Part shown: piece by piece, positions 58,101 to 64,000 of the stretch
Layout of the letters: each line of letters starts with the position of its first letter
Position numbering within the stretch: position 1 is the first letter of the stretch
Assembly (NCBI RefSeq): GCF_052425735.1
Contig: NC_135761.1
Span: forward strand, 15,500,001 to 15,564,000
Length of the DNA stretch: 64,000 bases
Direction of reading: 5' to 3'
Source of the DNA: Oculina patagonica
Taxonomy: Eukaryota
Notes under the pieces: model-generated
The model's database searches: none
What the model saw: the letters and a program-made list of their open reading frames with translations, nothing else
What the model was told of the DNA's origin: nothing
Translations under genes and position numbers: made by a program

Positions 58101-61100
58101 CACATTTCAAAACTGAAATGTGAAATTGTGACAAGTTAATATAAATGTATGAGAATTTTTCAAATAACTAATTACACATAATAATCAATCAATTTTCGTA
58201 AAGAATGTTGTTTGTAAACTACTGGGTCACCTGTAATGGATTTTTTACACTCATTAAATTAAGGTGATTATTTTTATTATTGTTAATGCAAAGTGGTCTT
58301 TACTTTTCAGTTTGCAGCGTTCATAAAGCAGGCTTTCAACGTGTCTATTAATGATACTGATGTTGACGTAATGTAAGTACTGATGTTTGTTTTTAACGTC
58401 TCCATAGTAAATACTGTCTGATATGCAACTTCACCAATAATTTTAAATTCTGACTGCCACAATTTGACCAATAAATCAAACACTTCAATTCGAGTCACTG
58501 AGTTCTTGTAGATTAAAACTTTTTTTGCTTTTATGTAATTTATGTTTATTTTAATGATCGATGTTAATGATTTGATTTGATTTCATCAGGTTACAGAAAA
58601 TTAAATTTGATAAAGACAATGATGGTAAGGAAATTTATTTAATGTTCATTTTTAAGTGAATTAAAGATGAAAAGTTTTGACACGTAATCCTAAGCTAACA
58701 GATGCCAGCTGTAACTTCAGGCCTTTTATCTTTTACAGCCCTCACAGCTTGGTGCTGAGACTCACAAATTGAACATCTTCTTTACAGAGGCCCTGCCAGG
58801 GAACCGACAAGCGACAGGCCCAAAAAGTAGCGACAACATGCTAATACGCGACAAACGACAACTATGAAAAAACTTAAATTCCAACCAGGACAAGCAAACG
58901 GCGACATGAAGAGCGATAAACAAATGACACGGCACAATTTTAAATTTAGACAAGCAACACGGGAACCCCCCTGGCAGGGCCTCTTTACATGGTCTCATGT
59001 TTTACCATCAACTCTCATGGTGAACAAAAATCTGAATTAGAATACTGCATTGTTTTTTTAGCCATAGGAGAGCCAGTAAAAACTTGTTCTTCACTGGGTG
59101 CCAGTTTGCTTCCCATGCTAACTTGTTCCCGTGGCTTCACTGCTCACACATGTGACCCATAAGTGAGCCTGCTTGCAAGCTATTAAAACTAGTATCCTGG
59201 CTATTTTACATAATTTTTTTAGACTGCAAAACAGTCACATCTTTTGCGAACGCACCTGGGGAACGCGCTTGGTCTTCAAACGAGAGCGAGAGGTCTGGAG
59301 ACAATGGGCGTGCGAGGCTCGCGAGACGATCGGCCTTCGCGCCTCAACGTCGCTTTGCGCCTTCCATGAGCGCTTTTAACTAACGACTTTAGAGAAAAAA
59401 CGACTGATTTGCAGTCTAATTATTTTTAAAAATAATTAGCACGCTTATAATATTGTGATAGGTAAAATATGCGATATTATTTTATTTCTTTGCAATTATC
59501 ACTATAAGGTTTAATCAGCAAAACTGAATGCATTGAGGGTGATCATTTGGCATTTAACAGTCACATAAGATTCTTGGAGGACAGGAATCCTCAGCAACGA
59601 ACAAGACTGAGTCAGCAGGCATGGCTGACAGTGACTGGGAGTACAGATCCTGTGTTAAGAGATCTGCAAGAGAGGTATGAAAAATATTTTGCTAACTAAA
59701 TAGCACTAATTTGAAACAGAAACCCATAAGGTTTGAANNNNNNNNNNNNNNNNNNNNNNNNNNNNNNNNNNNNNNNNNNNNNNNNNNNNNNNNNNNNNNN
59801 NNNNNNNNNNNNNNNNNNNNNNNNNNNNNNNNNNNNNNNNNNNNNNNNNNNNNNNNNNNNNNNNNNNNNNNNNNNNNNNNNNNNNNNNNNNNNNNNNNNG
59901 GCGCCGGTTTTTTTTTTTTTTTTTTTAATTTTAAATTTTCCTTTTACTCCATTTTGCTGCTACAAATAGCTGACAATGCTGGAAAATTCAAAATTCTGAA
60001 AAGCCATTATCTTTCTTGGTTGAATCATTATAATGACAAGTTTTACTAACAATAATATTTTGTTTGATCTTTTTCATAGTTTGTACCCCCTTTGGTGATT
60101 TATTAGCCATTCAATAAATAGTCCTTGAAGCAAATTTTTGAACTAAATCTGTGATGGCTCTTCCCATCAAAATTATTAAAAAAAAAAAAACCAAAAACAT
60201 GTTACTTTTATTTTATTATTGTTGCAAAATCTGAGCCTAATTGGATTTATATGTCACTAAGCCATATGTGAACCTGGGAACCTTTGCATTTTGTCTGCCT
60301 GTTACAATAAACATCAATACAGTGTTAATCCTGGCATAAGTGAGTATTTTAATATTGTAACTTGTGCATTTCTATTTAGAATTGTGCTGTTGACAAAGCT
60401 ACCAAGAATTTTCATTGAGCGCAGTGAAGAATTGCAGGTGAAACATGCTAAACAGACACACTTTTCCAAGGGTTTTTTCTTCCCCATAACTAAGACGTTT
60501 AGTGGGAGGAGGCATGATGTTCTGAATTTCCCATTCTGGTACCTTTTTAAACCTGGTTCCTGGTCCTTTCTTAGTACAAGCGCCTTCTGTCTTTTTTGTG
60601 CTTTGCTATCACAACATATTAAACACTTTTGCAAAATCTTTATTCATTTGGCTTCCAATTCCTGCCACCTTCGGAATCCCTTTCTTCTTTCTGCCCCCTC
60701 CGATCCCGTGGACTGTCTGGACTTCCTTTGCACTGTTATTTACTCTGGCATTCTCCCCCCGCTGTCCCTATCATTCCAAGTGGAGATTTTACAACAGAAT
60801 GGATTCTGGAATGTGCAGTCATATGAAGACCAATTCTTTGTTCGATTTGTGCCTTTCCTTTTACAAGGAAATGCAGAAAGGCTAAGCCACTTCCATCAAC
60901 ACCAACCACACTTCACAGTTATAGTGTTTTTTGTCCCCAGTTCCTGTGCGGACTTGCTTTCATAGATTATATTTCCATACTCACAGGTTTTTTGAGCCTG
61001 ACCAGCCAAATTACAGTTTCTTTTTAATGTTTTTCCAGGTTGTGAACTATGGAGTACATGGTCATTACCATGCACATTACGACTCCACAGATGAATGGGA

Positions 61101-62461
61101 CGGTCCAGTCTCCAAATGCTGTGGGGGGCAAACTGAAAACTGTAGCTTGTACAGGTAAGGCAGTAAGCCAGCTTCAATTGAAACAGTCTTGTCCAGAGGC
61201 GGCAAAGCGTTTTGAAATGTACGCTTTGAAGTCACCAATGCCACATGCAATGTCAACTTAGAATACAATCTTCACAGATTGTGGACCTCTCCTGGTAGCG
61301 TTTTGGGGAAAAGGAGTTTCGTTGAAAGTCATAAGCGATCCTGATGCCCCCAAATTTTTGTTTGGGGTCTACAGCCCGCTGCCCCGCCTCCCCCCCCCCC
61401 ACCTGCTCCACTGCCTAATGTTGTCTTACCAAATAGATTTGTTTCTACGAAACACAAAACACTATTTTCCTGGATAAATTTTGAAAGTGAGATAATATTT
61501 TGTTGAGTCCTTTGATTAAAACTTCGTAGGTCATAGCAAGGAACAGGAATGGTCAGAATGAAGTTAGGCATAGAGAGACGGTAGCCACAAATACATTACT
61601 GTACCTATTTTTTTTTTTTTGCGTCTCATGATCAGGTACATGACAGTGTTGTATTACCTCAATGATGTTCATCGTGGCGGAGAGACGGCTTTTCCTGTTG
61701 CTGATGAAGAAGACTTCAACCAAACGGTAACGCTCGCTCTTCGATTCAATTCGTTGTTACCTTAAGGTTACTTTTGTTAGCAGCTACTAATTTTAGCGAT
61801 TTTATTGACTATTAAATTTAGCGTTTTCCGAAAATTGAAAAAATGAGCTAAGATGGAGATAAGTGTTCAGTAAAAGAACAAAGGTACATTGAACGAACAA
61901 TATCGTCAGAAAGAATACTGATTAAATGAAATTGTCAGGAAATGGGTCCTTGTCAGGTTAAGTCCTTGCCTTCCACGATGACGGTGATTTCGGCTCTCTC
62001 CCAGCCCTTTTTCAATTGTTTCCCTGCCTGGACGTTGTCTTGTAGTTTTACAGGCCAATATATTTAATTTTGTTTTCATTTGGAAGGGGAGGGGGTATTT
62101 ATTTTAACGTGTATAAATTTGACCGAGACAAATTTTGGGGAGTACTAAATTTATTAGTTTTAATCACGACATACCCAATTTACATTCTGTTTTTTGTAAA
62201 TGTTTGCAGGATTATCAAGAGAAAGACCGGTCGAATTTAAGTTTTCACTGCTATGACGCTAATGTAGTGGTTCGACCCAAGAAAGGCACTGCTGTCATGT
62301 GGTACAATCACATGATCAGTAACGTGACTGGTTTACTGGGACCTCAGGACGTGCGCTCTTTACATGGCGGATGTGACGTGCTGGAAGGTTTCAAGTGGAT
62401 CGCAAATAACTGGATCAATGCGCCATTTGAATGGACAGATGAATGGAGAAATGAAAATTGA
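55179..62461 (+). CDS. P4HTM: Transmembrane prolyl 4-hydroxylase-like (EF-hands plus 2OG-Fe(II) dioxygenase), frameshifted in the first coding exon
   Basis: Exons 55179-55348, 56529-56610, 57782-57886, 57992-58077, 58311-58372, 58590-58624, 59509-59674, 60380-60437, 61039-61154, 61636-61726, 62210-62461. Motifs: DGVKVGH, LRPLLFEIPDFLSAEEC, EF-hands DENSDGKVSASE and DKDNDGLISKTE, GHYHAHYDS, YMTVLYYLNDV..GGETAFPVAD, SLHGGCDVLEGFKWIANNWIN. Total is 1223 nt, one short of frame. Confidence 0.88.
56089..56372. mobile_element. MITE, CCAAT-rich family, copy 2
   Basis: AT|AGAGCAGTTTTCA ... TGAAAACCGCTCT|AT. Homologous to 7257-7537. Confidence 0.85.
58786..58984. mobile_element. MITE
   Basis: TTAC|AGAGGCCCTGCCAGGG ... 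CCCTGGCAGGGCCTCT|TTAC with CGACA repeats. Confidence 0.8.
59220..59418. mobile_element. MITE (TAGACTG termini, Academ-like)
   Basis: TAGACTGCAAAACAGTC ... GACTGATTTGCAGTCTA. Confidence 0.7.
59738..59899. other. Assembly gap
   Basis: Run of N. Confidence 1.
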
Positions 62462-63069
62462 TCATAACTATAGCTTATATTTATTTTGTTAACTCCAGAT
62501 AGTATTTAGACTAATATGGGTATTTTTTTTAAAAAATGTTCTGTCAACCTACCAATACAGAAAACGCAGGAAGCGTCGGAAAGCGAAGTCACATTAGGTT
62601 TTAGTAATCAATCGGGTCGGGAGTAGCTATCGCAAAGTCACACGATTGACTCTCTATCCTTTGAGAGAACAACTGAACAAACAACAGAAACAATGCCCCA
62701 AGACCCAAAACAACTGCTACTCTATAGGGCCAACAATATTACAAGCTTACGAGGGCTCTTTCACTGCTGTACAATTTCATAAAGGACTGGCAAAACGAGG
62801 AAACATGTTTCCAGAAACACACATAGCGCGCATGTTTGCCATTTTTGCCATACGGAAAGCATTGTTTTCAGCGTCAATTCTGTTTCCAAGAAGTTAAGCA
62901 CTTAAAGCAAAATTACAGTATTGTGGCGTTTTCGAGAATTACCCGAGCTTGCCGTTGCATGGTGTAACTTAAAGACCTTAAAAAGTCGCGCTGCATCTCA
63001 ATGCGAGAAATCCCAGTTATTTCAAGGCGTTTTGTGACAGTCAGTTTCCAAAGATTTGTTGTAGATCAG

Positions 63070-63307
63070 GGCCGGGTTGTTCGAAAGACGATTAACGCTA
63101 ACCCAGGATTTAAAGATGATCAAGATTTTAATTTCTCTTGTTTTAAAGGTTTTGCAAAGCTAATATTTTGTTAAGTTTGAGATTGGTCCATGTCAAAACT
63201 GTGGGACAGAAAATATTAACAGAAAACCTCAACGAAATTATATAAAATTGAAAACAAATTTCACGCTAATCCTGGATTAGCTTAATCATGCTTTGAAAAA
63301 CTGGGCC
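63070..63307. mobile_element. PIF/Harbinger MITE
   Basis: CAG|GGCCGGGTTGTTCGAAAG..TTAACGCTAACCCAGGATT ... AATCCTGGATTAGCTTAA..CTTTGAAAAACTGGGCC|CAG (3-bp TSD). Confidence 0.8.
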
Positions 63308-64000
63308 CAGAAATTTAGAGAGGGCCCGCAATCATTGTTGGCGTTTCAGCAATTCGTGTGAAGAGTATTTTTGTAATCGCCACCTCTGGGGTCGAGAATG
63401 TAATCGCCATTAAAAATTCTACTGAAATTGGTACAAAAAGATGTTTTTATGTAGCTTCAGATAATGGTATAAATTTATAGAATAAAATATTATTTTGACT
63501 TACTTGGTTACTTGACTTAGTGTCTTTACCAAAGGGGAGAAATGTGCCAGAAATAAATTAAAATCTCAATTATAAAAAAGCTTTTTTTTTTTCACCTCGA
63601 CGGACTATGAAAAAAGACGGCCTGTATGTCGTCTAAACCAGACTTTATCAAGGTTGTAAGATTTATCAGGATAAGCTGACACATAATCACCTGAGATCGA
63701 CGAACTGTTAATGCAGCAAAAGTGTTGTTAGGGTCCTGAAAGGGGGAGGGGTATAAATGCCTTTTACCAGCATATGTTTTGCCCAAATCCCAGTCTCATT
63801 CCCACTTATTAGTTTGTGATTCACAGACTCGACCCCAAATCCCATTTTCCCTATCACGGGGATACCCTGTGTAATATTACATGACGTATAAGTTTGGAAG
63901 TGTGCAGCAGCTGCTGGTCAACGAAGACTCGTGGCCTCCAAAGCGGAAGCATCGAAAGCGACAGAAACGACGACAGGAACAACAGGAAAGCTCAAGGCTT

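Noticed and set aside
60291-60965. 224-aa plus-strand ORF as a separate gene
   Set aside because: Only 60380-60437 is a real P4HTM exon. The rest is intron read-through with no recognisable domain.

Overview
Intron-rich, AT-rich eukaryotic DNA. Gene content and repeat families point to an anthozoan cnidarian, probably a stony coral (inferred, not verified). I reconstructed nine genes by hand from GT-AG boundaries: the 5' part of a secretory-pathway Ca2+/Mn2+ ATPase (ATP2C1/SPCA, minus, runs off the left edge); an intronless arylsulfatase B-like gene (minus) head-to-head with a C20orf96/DUF4618-like gene (plus, containing a U12 minor-class intron); COX4 (plus); DECR1 (minus) head-to-head with a DED-NACHT-LRR NLR (plus); a convergent pair of minimal intronless class A GPCRs; and a P4HTM-like prolyl 4-hydroxylase with a 1-nt frameshift in its first coding exon. 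Introns carry many non-autonomous transposons. The DECR1 introns hold the most unusual ones: a long-TIR foldback element carrying two divergent, structurally conserved 5S rRNA-derived segments, with a different element nested in each arm; a tandem element with an internal tRNA-like unit and an inverted 5' segment; and a CACTA-like element. There are two assembly gaps. Gene names and TE superfamily labels come from remembered motifs and TIR/TSD rules; no searches were run.
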